A DNA stretch of 64,000 nucleotides. Origin: Callorhinchus milii. Its lineage: Eukaryota. Where the stretch lies: contig NW_024704742.1 of the NCBI RefSeq assembly GCF_018977255.1, forward strand, positions 16,990,001 through 17,054,000, read 5' to 3'. Both the position numbers and the translations under genes were made by a program. The first letter of the stretch is position 1. The number at the start of each line of letters is the position of its first letter. Below are positions 40,590 through 54,642 of this stretch, one piece after another. Below the pieces are notes generated by a model that did not search any database, was not told where the DNA came from, and saw only the letters and a list, made by a program, of their open reading frames with translations.

Positions 40590-40866
40590 TTTTCTCTTTG
40601 ACCGTGCCTTCAGCTCCCCTCTCGACTCTCCTCCCCCTCCTCGCTCCCTCCCTTCCCTCCCCTCACCCTGACCATTTCCCCCCTCCTTGCTCCCTCCCTT
40701 CCCTCCCCTCACCCTGACCATTTCCCCCCTCCTCGCTCCCTCCCTTCCCTCCCCTCACCCTGACCAATTCCCCCCTGCTCGGGTCATGACCCAACTGTGC
40801 AGCGCCTTGGGACGTCCTCCTGACGTGAAAGGCGCTTTATAAATGGAATCTTGTTGTTGTTGTTGG
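40590..40866 (+). mobile_element. Short young L2 3' end containing a 3 x 46 bp internal tandem repeat
   Basis: Matches 39441-39622; unit repeated at 40638, 40684 and 40730. Confidence 0.9.
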
Positions 40867-42233
40867 TGGTTCAGATTATATCTGTTAGGTTTACTGGAGC
40901 TTTCATCTCAATGCTAGTCTCCTTTAATCTTAATGTTACTTTTCATTAGAGTAGAAAAACCATGACTGTATCAATGATGATATGGCGATATCTATAATGT
41001 GCTGTTCACTCCACACATTGCACAGTCCCAAACCTTAGATCTTGCCAACCTATGCCTATGCCTTTCCAGGATTAGATGAGCAGGGAACATCCCTTCGGAA
41101 GAGAGTGTGCACTCCATTTCAACCAAAGGAAAATTTGCATACATATTTGGAACTCTTAATCATTTGGTTTGGATACGCTTAACCATGATGACGAGGTTCC
41201 ATATCTGTCATACAAGAAATAAATCCTATCACTCATCTCCAACTGTCTTAAACAAGAGGCCACAAACCACAATTCATCCAATGCAACTTACATAACTGTA
41301 TGGCACACATAGGTATCATGTAATTGATGAGGCAGAAGTTGATCTGAGTAATTGTATCACATGGGGAAGAAAGTTCTTGAATTTCTTTCTTGTGGTTTAT
41401 GATGCTGTCAGCACCCTGAGATTGAGTTACTTGACCATTGACTAAACAGTGTTATGTTCTGTCACCAGGAAAATTCAACAGCTGTAGATGGATACTTTTT
41501 GAGGGCTAAAGAATACAATTGCTGAAACATCTGCTGCTTGTGCCATGTCCCATGTGCTACTCATTCACAACCAACCACTTTCTGCATTATTTCTACATTG
41601 TTGTTTGATTAGTTCATAAAATGCTGCAGGATTAAAATCCATCAAAATAATACATGTAGTTTGACATATCTGAAATTTCAACAAACAGAACTACTGTTTG
41701 GTGAGCAATAGACAAAGGAGACCAGATCATTATTAAATTATTATAATCTTAAAAAAATCTATAAAATCTTCAATTGCAAAAGCTCATTGGCTTTGTATAC
41801 AGTCTAATCTAGTGCTACATTATACAGTCCAGGAAGGTTGCATACCTCATTGCGAGCTACAAATTAGTTGATCTTAGACAGCTGTATTAGCAATGTCATT
41901 ATAATTCACTACAACCACCTTGGACTAAAATAGTGGTGATGGGCAGAAAATCCACCCAAAGTTCCTGCAGTTGATCACTATCCCGTGAACTTGCTGGAAA
42001 TGTACATGTCAACATTAGTTGAGGTGGGGGTGGGGTCAGTCAAGTTTGGATCTGATAGTATTCATGGCTGAATAGCTGAGAAATCATAAACCACAGAAGG
42101 AAACTCAAGTGGCTTTGAGATGTACATTCCACACAGAAACCATGTTGGTTGGTGTTGCTATTGTCACACTGGTTTTAATGCCCAATAATACCACTGCAGT
42201 ATTACTGAGTATTGTTTAACAGTTAGTCACTCA

Positions 42234-42467
<234 letters not shown>

Positions 42468-44162
42468 TTAATGTGGAACAAAGTTGCCTTTTAAATAGGA
42501 AAGAAAGTCTACAAAAGTCATTTATTATTTACTGTATTCTCCCTAAATATAGCAGAACATAAACATATTTATAGAGATATCCTTTTCCTTCACAAAAAAA
42601 TGAAAATTCCTCAGTATAAATAAAGAATATTTCTATTTATCCTGTAAGTGTATAGGACATTATAGAATATCCTTGTGGAGGCTCCACAGATGCCATCCTC
42701 CTCTGTGTGACTGGAGAAGTCATATCTGACATGGAATATAACTGGCAGGTGTAGGCTCTTTGAACTCCAGTGAGATGCACTGCCCTTATAGTTCCCAGTA
42801 TTGTGCAGTCCCATGATTTGAGTTTCTGTCTAGTCCAAAGCACCTACCTCCATAAAATAAATGGAGCAGGCTTCCCCCAGTGAGTAACCATCCATCATCC
42901 AAGCACCATCCAGTAAACATTACGCCAAACAGAACCGAAGGCTATTTGTAGTGCAATAATTTGTCAAAATTCACTGCCTAGGATCACACATGGCTACTAA
43001 GGTGAGGTTGATCGGGTTGGTGATCTGTACCCCACTGAGAGCCAGCATGTTACAGTGGGGGTGGGGGGAAATCAAAAATAAATTAGAGAAAAATGAGCAG
43101 AAAAAATGGGCTACCCCATTAAAATATATCAGCAGCGTTCTGCCATTCAATTATTCCTTAACTAACAAGGAGAGGATCCACTAGTGGGTCAGCATGATGT
43201 TTCTCTGCAACGCCTTGGGACATCCTCCCGATGTGAAAGGCGCTACGCAATTATTTTTGTTGTGTGTGGCAGTACTACGTTATAAAGGACAGGAAGTTCC
43301 CAGCTTCCATATCTGGTCTGTGCTCAGTTTATTGATCTCAGCCATGGGAGGTGTGGGACAGCTCACCAGAGAGGAGAAACCTTCAGCTAGGATGCCTCAC
43401 TCATAAGCGCTACCCAACGACCCCTGCTGTAGAAATGATCCATGTGTAGATGTGTGAGGTTTTGCTGCATCAACAAACCTGCAATAACTCCCACCTACAA
43501 AGGCAGCCACTACAAGCTATTACAGGTCTGCTGGTGATCTTAGATTCAAACACAGCCTGAGTTGTCGATTTTAGAAGAGGAGAAAATGAGAGAACACTTT
43601 GAAGGGAATGAATTGAGGAAGAAGAAGCAGTAATATCTATACCACAGTGCATTGGAACGTGTCATGATTTTATCCATAATTATTTTCTGGAACCAGTCAA
43701 CAAGTTTTTTTGCTGTAAAACTTTACATGTGCATCTTACACCAACAATGTGTAAAAGTGTTTGCATTGGTTTATCTGTAATTGCAACCCCTTATCCTCCC
43801 GATTTCATGTGTAGATTACCGACTTTACACATTGCGACTCAGATCTGACCCTGGAATTGCATCCATATTGTAGCTGGCTTGGCTGTCACTTGGAGCCAGG
43901 CATAACAGCTTTCTTTGTGTTATTATTATTTTCTCATTTAATTGACTAAAGTAGTTTAAAATCAACCAGTCAATCTAGTCCACTAATCTGCTTTCTATTT
44001 GCCTTTAGTTTGTTGTTCACTTATGGGAATTTTAGAAATGCGATTTAAAACAAGTGAGAGGATAATGAACAATTTCACCATTCACGATCCCTAATCATCC
44101 GAGCAGCCCAACACCTTCGTTGTTCGCACTAATCCAGGGGATAACGTCTTAATTGTATTCTA

Positions 44163-44327
<165 letters not shown>

Positions 44328-46135
44328 TTAAAAGGGAAAGACTGTCATGAGCTCCAAAATTTGCATATAGTATATATCGAAAATGTAAATGACAGTACTC
44401 ACTTTCCTTTCCCCAATGACATCCGGATTGACGACTAGCATAACGTTCTCAGGAAATACATTCCCAAAGGAAGTATAATTCAGTTTCCGACATACATTTT
44501 GAATGCACCAAACCAATACTCAGCCAGTCCCAATTGTATGGAATTCCTAATCCAAATATAACACTTTGAAGGAGCATTCCCTCAGGGATCCAGTTAAATA
44601 TACACTGAAATTGAACATTGCACCATATTCCCATGTTCCAAGCCATGAGAAGGATTCTCGCTAGAGATTATGTATACATTGCAGTATTTCCCCCTTTTTA
44701 ATTGAAATGAAAGTATTTAAAAATAAATTCCAAATTGTTGTAACAGGGCATATAACCACCTGGAACTTTCTTTAAGTAAAAAAATTCTCCAATTATCCAG
44801 TTCTTGTAATTCAATACACTAAACATGATCAATCCAGTAACAAATTGAACCTGGAAATAGCAATACACTTTAAAAATCCAATACATCTTGTTGAAAATTT
44901 TTGATTAAAAGTTTTCTCTTCCCATTTGTTTCGGGAGTATTGATAAGCAATGGTTCAAATGGATGTCGGTACCAAATGATTCCAAGTTGAGTAATGTTAA
45001 ATAATACTAATCCGTACATTTGGTATAGGGTCTTTCAAATCAGGAGGATATCTCAAAGCGCTTCACAGCATATACTGCAAAGTGCATTGATTGTATATGT
45101 TTCGTGGGCAAATGCAACAGCCAATTTTGCGCACAGCAATGCTTACCAGATGTTACCTGAAGTTTGTAGAAATCTTTATACAAAGTATCAAAAAGCTTTG
45201 GCAAACTAGTTTGCTTATCAGAATTGAAACGTATCTTTATAAAACTGAGAGCTTATATTCATTTTCTGAGTATAAGATAAATTCATGCTTTGCTGGAATC
45301 CTTATTGGTACTTATTGTATGTTCACAATTTGCACAAAACCCAATATTAATACAAGTAGGTTAATCGGGGTCATGAGGGAATACCTTTAGCATTCAATGT
45401 GATTTAGCTTACATATAATGTACTGAACATGCTAGTTAGCATGGCCTCTGTCGCCGAATGAACCCTTCACCTCTCTTTTGCCTGTACTACAAAAAATCAC
45501 CCACAAAAATAGAGCCCAGAACACCCAATTACCCATCAATTTCCTTTACCCAGAAAATGGGGCTTCCATTGTAGTTTAAACACAGTACATCCTGTGAAGC
45601 ACTTTGAGAAGTTATCTTGCTGTGAAAGGTGCTACATCAAGTGCAATAAATATTATTGTTACAAAGGATTGATTCTCAATGCTGCATTTTGGTACCTAAT
45701 AATTATCATTATTATTAAGTTATTAAAATTATTGGGACCTCCTCCCGATGTGAAAGGCGCTATACAAATGTAATCTTGTTGATTATTTGGACTTATCGTT
45801 TCTCTGATTTCTTCAGCTACGTTGAGCTCTGATAGTCATTTGGAACGCTAGGTGGTAGCACTGCACCTAAACAGGGAGAATACAAGGGGCAAGGGCTGTG
45901 GAATCCTAATTATCCATCAATTTTAATTACCCACTTTGCAGATAATGGGAGTAATGGTACCTGATAAAGATTGGGTTCAGACCAAAATGAAATCGGTTAA
46001 TGCAAAACTGAAGTTTAAACAAACGCATTCTTATCGTCTGAAGAAATATGAATTATTTCTTTTGAGGCATGTTTACAGCAGGAGTAACAATCATTTTAAA
46101 AAAAACACAAAAGGTCTTTTCTTGCAGATTCTTAC

Positions 46136-46314
46136 CAGGCTGGATGTTTTCTCGAATGATAGTTACATGATCATCTCGGTCTGGTCTTGTGTGTTCATGC
46201 CAAAACCCAATCACGTGCCCTAATTCATGGACCACAATCCCAAACTTGTCACAGTTTTTGCCTATGGATATAGCTTGAGGACCATTTCCACGTCTACCCA
46301 CATAGGAGCAGCAC
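46136..46314 (-). CDS. TLL1: TLL1 coding exon (exon 6 equivalent), zinc-binding site: [59 protein letters not shown]
   Basis: HExxHxxGxxH metzincin motif and tolloid vicinal CC; acceptor tttggcag, donor CCTG|gtaaga; 179 nt. Confidence 0.97.
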
Positions 46315-47169
46315 CTGCCAAATAGAAAACTCATTATTTGTATTTGCAGATCATCATTTTTGGACAGGGTTCATTTCAAAGTGCAATGACTATTTCTGCA
46401 GGCGAGCACAGCAGTTAATTTACACACTGGAATGTTCCACAAATGACCAATTTCATCTGTGGATTTGTTCGCCAGGACACTAGAAGAAACTTCCTTCCCT
46501 CTTGAAATAATGCCAGGGGATCTTTAACATCCACCTGAACGGGCAGATGGGACCTCCGTTCGATGTGTCACATGTTTTATTAGGGTTAGGCTGACCATGT
46601 GATTTAAACCCTTAACAATACGCCGCCTGATCAGTATCACTTTTAAAAAACAAAATCTTTTTATGTTATATTGATGTGAGGAAAACTCTGACATGAACTA
46701 AATCTTATTAAAAGAGGCAGGGGCAGGCACAGCCCATGTGTGTTTCCAATGGCCAAGTCATCTCTTGAAAATTGAAACGTTAGAGTCAGCCTTAGTGTTT
46801 ACATCTGATCTAAACCAAGGCAACTAAGTGGGAGTAACTGAAAAAGCCGGTGGTAGAAATATGAATTCTCAGGGTGATTTAGGTTTACTTGTCACCAATG
46901 GCAACTACAGTGTTTTGTTTTAATTTTCAGTGTTTTTTTATTCTCGACATGAAAGGCACTCTAAAAATGTAATTTTGTTGTTGTTGTTGACTTCTCTGCT
47001 GACGGCACACTGACTCACACTGGGTTGCAGTTTCGCACGTGCAGGCCATCTTTCTGGTTCCTTGCCCATGTGGCCATTGTGGGCCTAGAAATACACGGTC
47101 ACTAGCCCCTTTCAGTAAAATCCAGTGAAGTTTTGCTTGTTCAGATGAACACTAATAACCCCATTAATA

Positions 47170-47360
47170 AAATACAAAATACTGCAGATGCTGGAAATCT
47201 GAAACAAAAACAGAGATCCCTGGGAACACTCGGCAGGTCAGGCAACATCTATGGAGAAAGTGGGTCAACGTTCTGATGAAGGGTCATGGACCTGAACCAT
47301 TGATCTACTTTTCTTTCTTCATAGATGCTGTTGATTGTTCCTAGCGATCTCTGTTTTTGT
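47170..47360 (+). mobile_element. Palindromic Penelope-like non-autonomous relic with a degenerate hammerhead core
   Basis: Inverted arms (47204-47218 vs 47346-47360, 15/15; catctatg/catagatg) around CTGATGA-A-GGGTC-atg-GACCT-GAAC. Confidence 0.7.
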
Positions 47361-48076
47361 GTTGTTATTAAAGTTCCCATTTCCCATAAAGATTGACATT
47401 TCCTGACATCAGCAACCTCAGGGGTACCAGAGATTTGAGTCTCTTTGAACTTGCTATCAAGTCACCCAAAAGCTAGTTCTAGTGGAATTCTCAGTTTCCT
47501 CTGTAAGATGTAAATTTAAGAATGTAACAAACCTTTGCAATATAAAATTTGGTGAGCCCTATTTAGCAAGATGTATTTAACCTCAAGATAGCAGCCTTTA
47601 AAGTGCTCTGGTCCGCCATGATCCATGTAATCTTTATTGTGGCAGACAGGAGTTTAAGTTCAAGCCTATTTATAACACTGATTAATTCCATTTCACACTG
47701 TCTTATTGATCAACAGTGTCAGACAAAGATCAACAAATAGCTGACAGTGAGTCATGGTGGTAGCACAGGTATTTGCGGATTAGTTTCTTGCCAAAGAAAA
47801 CCTGCTTTCAACTCTGCAGAATAAAACAAATGGCAGCAAAGGGATTATAGTTCAGAAAATCCCAAAAAGAATGGCTAATTGATGCTCGCTAAACAGCGTT
47901 GATCCATTTGCCACAAAGAAACCTTTGTAACTCTTGGCCTTTTCCACACAGCTGAGATAATGCTCCAGGCTCGCGTGATTGAATGAGTAATGAATTTTAC
48001 TACCACTTAGCACATCATGTAAATTTGCTCCAACCTGTTAAAAAGCTCAAACCACTGATGAAACAGCTATCGCTTA

Positions 48077-48412
<336 letters not shown>

Positions 48413-50874
48413 TTATCCCCATCTCGGTTGCCCAGCCAGCAGTGCTTTGAGATGTTCTCCTGACATGACATGAAAAGCGCTCTAAATGTATATTGTAATT
48501 CTGTTATAGTGTTCTTTTGAAGTTAGGATGCCCAAAATTGCATGTAGCATTCAAATGTTGCCCCATTAGTAATCTGTGCAAAGTTAGGCCAATGTTGTAC
48601 CCTGACGGACCTGCCCTAACCTTGTATTCCATTAGATTTGTTATGACAGCTTCATAATGACTGGAATCATTCAGTGAATAATATGGCATCATACCTTGTC
48701 CTTCTCCACCTCTGTTAATGGGCACCACTTCCTTCTCTACACTTGTTCCTGTTCCAATATGCATTATCTTACCATAGAAACCACAGAACTGCACCACATG
48801 GTAGGAGGGTATTTGAATATTATCACCAATACCACAACCAAAAGGGATTAACAGTGTGGTTGGTCCCTCTTTCACTCTTCCTGACTGAAAATGGGCTAAA
48901 TTTTTCTGCTACTCTATTCTTTCAACTTGCGCAAAAAAAGGAATAAAAAAAGGAAAAACTTCATTTTATAAAGCAGAGACACAAACAAAAGTATTAAAAG
49001 AAACAAATGAATCCAGGAATAAAATTAGCACATCAACTCTTACCTTCCCACCTGTCTCCAAAACTAAGGAGGTGACAAGTACCAATGTTAATTATAATGG
49101 AACCTACACAAAGACTGTCAGCACCTCATAATGGAGTACTGTCCCACAGCTCCAGAACAATGAAGCCTGACCAGAAGGCGGTCAGTCACAAATTAACAAC
49201 TCTGAACTCGAATGCCCAGGTGGATAGGACAGGACAGTGAGTGGATGAAGCATTCAAATAATAATAATAATAAATGGGGGGGTATTCTGGAAAAAGAGAC
49301 TGCAGCTCAATTCAACTTGCAAGATATCAACTCTGAATGAGCACTGAAACACCGGGTAGCATCAGCTCAAGATCCATCGGTTGTCCTATTGACACATTCA
49401 GCTTGTTCCAGGAAGGTTAATAAGGGCACTCCAGAAGTGGAGGCCCTGCCAATTGGAATCGAAGAGCTGAATGGCCTTCTGCTGTGCTGTAAATTTCTAT
49501 GGTTTTATGGACCCCACTCTTTGTGCACCTGGTAGATTTACCTTTTGTTTTGCCACTTCAATTGGTCAAGCCTTGATTTCCGCGTGGAGGTTTTGATCTC
49601 ATCAAATTGCATACATGATAAGAGCCACATATCCACATATTACATATATTCTGCTAGTTGATCAGATCAGTTGTTCAGATGTACCGAAAATGTAGCAGTG
49701 TGATAATTATCATATTGAACACTTTATGAAGCATAGCTATTTTCATTCCATATCTCCAATGTACCTTCAAATACTGTGGGAGTTTTAAGTATAAATCATA
49801 TGCTGGAGCTTAGAGGCTTGTAGAGGAATCATTGTTCAGAACTGAATGTGCTATTTGACATCTCTCACACTGCACTTCACACTGGAGCAGAAAACGTTGA
49901 CATTTACAAAGCAGGGAAGCCTTTGTTTTCAAGACGGTTTTCTGTCTATTTTTTATGAATCGCAAAAAAAACTTCCAAATTATGACTGAATTCAACAATT
50001 CAGCAGATTCTGGACACTAAGTTGCTGCGTAGAGTAAATCTATACACAGGTGGAATTTCTGAGAATGTTTCAAATCTCATTTTCTCGTCACAAGCAATAT
50101 TTTAAAGTTTAAATCTGTCTTGATGCCCATTTGTAACACCTTATAATAATAATCCTTGCATTTGATATAGCGCTTTCACATCTTCTAGACGTCTCAAAGC
50201 GCTTATCTTAGCTTGTATTATTGTTCAACCTTCCCTCTGTCCAGTGAGCAGACAGGTTGTCAAGTTAAACATAGATTAATTGTCTTTATGTAACTTTCAC
50301 TGTCAGTTTTGGCTACCATCTGCTTTTCAAACACTATGACACCATCAAGATATGAAAGGTGCTATATAAGTGAAAATTACATTCTTTTGCCTGCTGTTGG
50401 ATAATAGTTGAAGGAATGATAGAATTGCATTGATGCAGACTGAGAGTTTTATCTAGGGGCATGGAAAGAGTGAGAAGAATATTGCTCAGGATATTGCTGT
50501 ATGTGGTTAATAAACAAGGTCACAGGAGAGAACTGACTTGTTGGATAATACACAGCAAGAAAAATCTCACACAGGAAGGATGGTTTACACATAAACATAT
50601 GGAGAACTAAAGTGCTACCACAAGCCCATGAGATTCAATACAGTAGAATAAGCAGGGGAGGGAGGCAGAGGTTACTCCTCCCCACCCATTCTACTGCCAA
50701 CATCTGTAAATGGTTGCGAGGAGGCCATATTAGCTTCTAAATATGTCATTTACATGCTGAAAGCCACTGTACTATTTATGACTCACATTTTGTAACTGAA
50801 AAAACCAAAATGGCTTGAAAAAAATCATGATTTCAAACACCAGTTTTACAGTTGAGGGTTGGCTTTTCCACCTT

Positions 50875-52712
50875 CAACAACAACAATAATAAAATTACAT
50901 TTATAGAGCGCCTTTCACGTCGGGAGGACGTTCCAAAGTGCTGAACAATCAGGTGTCGGGGCCCGAGCATGGGGGAGGGGTGAGGGAAGGCAGAGAGGTG
51001 GGAGGGAGACCAAAGGCACGGTCGAAGAGAAGGATCTTGAGACCGGCCTTGAAGGAGGCAAGAGAGGAAGCGAGGCGAAGGGACCGTGGGATGGAGTTCC
51101 AGAGTGTGGGGGCAGAGAGACTGAAAGCTCGGCCACTGATGGTAGGGCGGGTCAGGCGGGAGACATGGAGCAGGCCAGAGCCCGATCAATGGAGGGAAAG
51201 GGAAGGTTGGTAGGGAGTCAGCAGGTCAGAGAGGTATAGGCCATGGATGGCCTTAAAGGTGAGGACGAGGATTTGAACTCGATCTTCTGGGGGATGGGGG
51301 ACCAGTGGAGTTGGGCAAGGGTGGGAGTGATGGGGTCAGGGAGCCTGATGCGTGAGAGTACACGAGCTGCATAGTTTTGGATGATCTGCAGCTTGTGAAG
51401 GGAAGAGTTGGGAAGGCCGATAAGGAGGGAGTTCCCATAATCGAGCCTTGAGGTGACAAATGTGTGGGTGAGGGTTTCGGCAGCCTGAGGGGTGAGGCAG
51501 TAGCGGAGTCTGTCAATGTTGCGGAGGTGGTGGTAGGCAGTGCCGGTCATGGCGCGGATGTGAAAGAGAAAGGACAGTCCAGGGTCAAACAAGATACCCA
51601 GGTTCCTGACTGGCTTAGTGAGGTTGAGTGTGCAGCCATGGAGGCTGATGCTGCCAGCGCCTGAGGTGCAGAGGTGCTGGCCAAGCCAATCAGGAGGGCC
51701 TTGGTCTTCCTGACGTTGAGTTGGAGAATGTTGGCCCTCGTCCAGGACTTGATGTCGGACAGGCAGTCGGTCAGGACGCCAGTAGTCCTGTAGTTGAGGG
51801 TGGAGGCAGAGAGGTAAAGTTGAGTGTCATCCGCATACATGTGGAAATTTACCCCATGTCTGAGGATGACATCACCAAGGGGGAGAATGTAGAGGGTGAA
51901 GAGGAGGGCACTGTTGACAGAGCCCTAGGAAGACTGCACGAGACAGTGTGGGGGCTGGAGGAGAAGCCGTTTGCCGCGAAGAAGTGGAGGCGGTGTGAAA
52001 GGTAGGACCTGAACCAGTCAAGGACAGAACCTTGAAGGTTGAGGTGGGAGGAGAGGCAGTGAAGGAGGATTGAGTGGTCCACAGTGTCAAAGGCAGCGGA
52101 GAGGTCGAGGAGGACGAGGAGGCAGAGGGAGCCCTGGTCACACATGGTCAGGATATCGTTTGTGACCTTGACCAGAGCAGTTTCTGTACTGTGGGCAGCA
52201 CGGTAACCCGATTGGAGGGGTTCATGGAGGGAGTGAGAGGAGAGGAAAGAGCGAAGCTGGGAGGCAACAGCTCTCTCAAGGACCTTGGATAGGAAGGGGA
52301 GATTTGAGATGGGCCGGTAGCTGGATAGCTGAGATGGGTCAAGGGAAGGTTTTTTCAAGGTGGGGATGTTAGTGGCTGTTTTGAGGGGGGAAGGAACAGC
52401 GCCAGATGACAGGGAGAGGTTCATGATGTCGGCGAGTAGTGAGGCAAGGAGGCGGAGCTGGGATTTAAGGAAAGGGGTAGGGATGGGGTCAAGGAAGCAG
52501 GTGGTGGACTTCATGGAGGTTACTGTGTTGAAGACAGAGGAGGGGTTGACAGGTTCAAAGGTGGGGAAGGAGGGATGTGTAATTGTCGGATGGGTAATTG
52601 TGTGGGGTGGGAGTAGGGAGGGATTGGAAGTTAGGAGGGCAGTGGCAGCTGAGCGGATTCCCTCAATTTTGGACTCGAGGAAGTCCAGCATTTTCTCGCA
52701 GTGGGAGTCAGA
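50875..52712 (-). mobile_element. L2 LINE, about 1.8 kb, 5'-truncated
   Basis: ORF 51849..52691 is homologous to the 37790 [12 protein letters not shown]; 3' hairpin and tail. Confidence 0.94.
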
Positions 52713-53224
52713 GGAAAATGAAACGTTTCAGTTTAAAAGTTTTGCACTCATCCCTGGCATCATCATCAAGTCAAGACAGTGATGGTCGGTAAACTATTTG
52801 GCGATGGTGGGGTACCACAACTGAACTTGATGGGTGTCTGGACAGTGATCAAGAGGGAGGAACAATCTTGATCTTGGCCATCCCTAGTTGTAAATACTTG
52901 TGGCCAAGCGTAACATACCACTGCTGCCCAATTGATACAACAACCTCAACCCCAGGGGCCTCACATAGGATCATTCTGGTTGAGTACCACACCACATGTG
53001 CATTACTCACTGAACCATCAGGCACTATTTTTGAAATTTATATTATTTTCTCCCCCTCCCTTAATCTTCCATAGTGTGCACACAACGAGTAGCAGTATAA
53101 ATATGAAAAAAACACTGAGGAAACAACTGGAAAGGGAATTGGGCAACAGGTGCAAAGTGTGTTAAAACCCACAAGAGACTGATTGTTCAGACTTTTTGTA
53201 TCAGCAAATAACAGTTGATCTCAC

Positions 53225-53380
53225 CAGTAAAATTCCCTCCAATAACATATGGAATGACACCTCCAGGCCATATTCTCTCCGCTCGCGAAGTTGCAGCTCG
53301 GGGAATTCTTTTCTTCTCTGTCTGTTTTAAGGCTTCTGAGTTCATTTCTCTATCTGTGTTATTCAGCTCACTATCTGCAA
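53225..53380 (-). CDS. TLL1: TLL1 coding exon (exon 4 equivalent): end of prodomain, furin site RIPR|AA, start of astacin domain ([24 protein letters not shown])
   Basis: Within ORF 53187..53435; acceptor ttttttcag (alternative AG 6 nt further in), donor ACTG|gtgaga; 156 nt. Confidence 0.92.
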
Positions 53381-53671
53381 CTGAAAAAAAGGCAATATTC
53401 CCATAGATGAAACATAACTTTCTCTTGATTTTCATTAATACTTTTAAAAGTCTGTTGAATATATTCTAGCATTCTGATGAATGCTTTCAGCACCTTGGGA
53501 CTTCCTCCCAAAGTGAAAAGCACTATATATATGTTGTTGTTGTTGTTGAATTATTGAAACGTAATAAATATAATTCATTAAAGTACAGCAGTGCAACATG
53601 TTTATTTTCCCCAAGCCAAAAACCTCCTAGTATTACTTTTCACTTTGGAGGGAAAAATGCACCATGTGATA

Positions 53672-53865
53672 TTAATAATAATAAGAATCCTTGCATTTGA
53701 TATAACACATTATCACGTCTTTGATATGTCTTAAAGCACGTCACAGAATAAACTGTAAAGTGAATTGACTATATTTTGTGGGCGAAACGCAGCAGCCAAT
53801 TGCGCAAAGCAGTGTCCATAGACAGTTGTGGATTGGGTGACCAATTTATTATTATTATTATTTAT
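53672..53865 (-). mobile_element. SINE 3' half (representative; similar pieces near 5230, 7030, 20252, 23215, 26000, 33640, 34820, 35715, 36600, 45000, 54270, 62960, 63335)
   Basis: gcgcaattggctgc...cagtcaattcactttacag...hairpin...caaatgcaaggatt motif set. Confidence 0.8.
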
Positions 53866-54642
53866 GATGTGTTAATTATCACTGATTATAATAATCTATA
53901 CATGTGATATACAATACAAAAATACATTTGTATAGTGCTTTTCATGTCGGACGGATGTCCCAAGGCGCTGGACGGTTAGAGATTTGGACACGAGCTGAGC
54001 GGGGCACGTGGAACAGGCCACAGCCTGCTGAGTGGAGGGAGTGGATCGGTTGATATGGGGTCAGCAGTTCGCAGACGTAGGAAGGAGCAATTATACACCT
54101 GTACCATTATACACTATTACATTATACTTCTGTAATGGTAAAACGTCTCAAAACATTTCACAGATAACTGCCACTGGACGGACCATTAAAGTGAAGTCCT
54201 GTCTGCCTGTTCAGATGGACATTAAAGATCTGATGACACTATTCAAAAAGAGGAGTTTCCAGATACAATTTGTCATTCACTTGATCATGGGACATTGCTG
54301 TGAACAAATTGACTGCTACATTTGCTTACAAAACACATAGTCTGTATAAATACAGTCACACCACTTTACAGTATATCCTGTGAAGTGCTTTGAGATTTCT
54401 CAACAACGTGATACGACTCTATATCAAATTAAAGGATTATTATTATTAATGTTATGCGAGCTCTAATTGAATCAAAATGTTTGTCCCAAGTCCTTGCACG
54501 ACAATCAGTGATTTCTCTGCCACACGGCACAGTCTGGATTCTAAGACAGTATAATTCTAAGTACAGCTCAATGCGCAAGATTAAAGAACACAAAGTGATC
54601 CAAAAAAATGCACCAGTTACAATTTGCATTTGTTTCAAAGTA

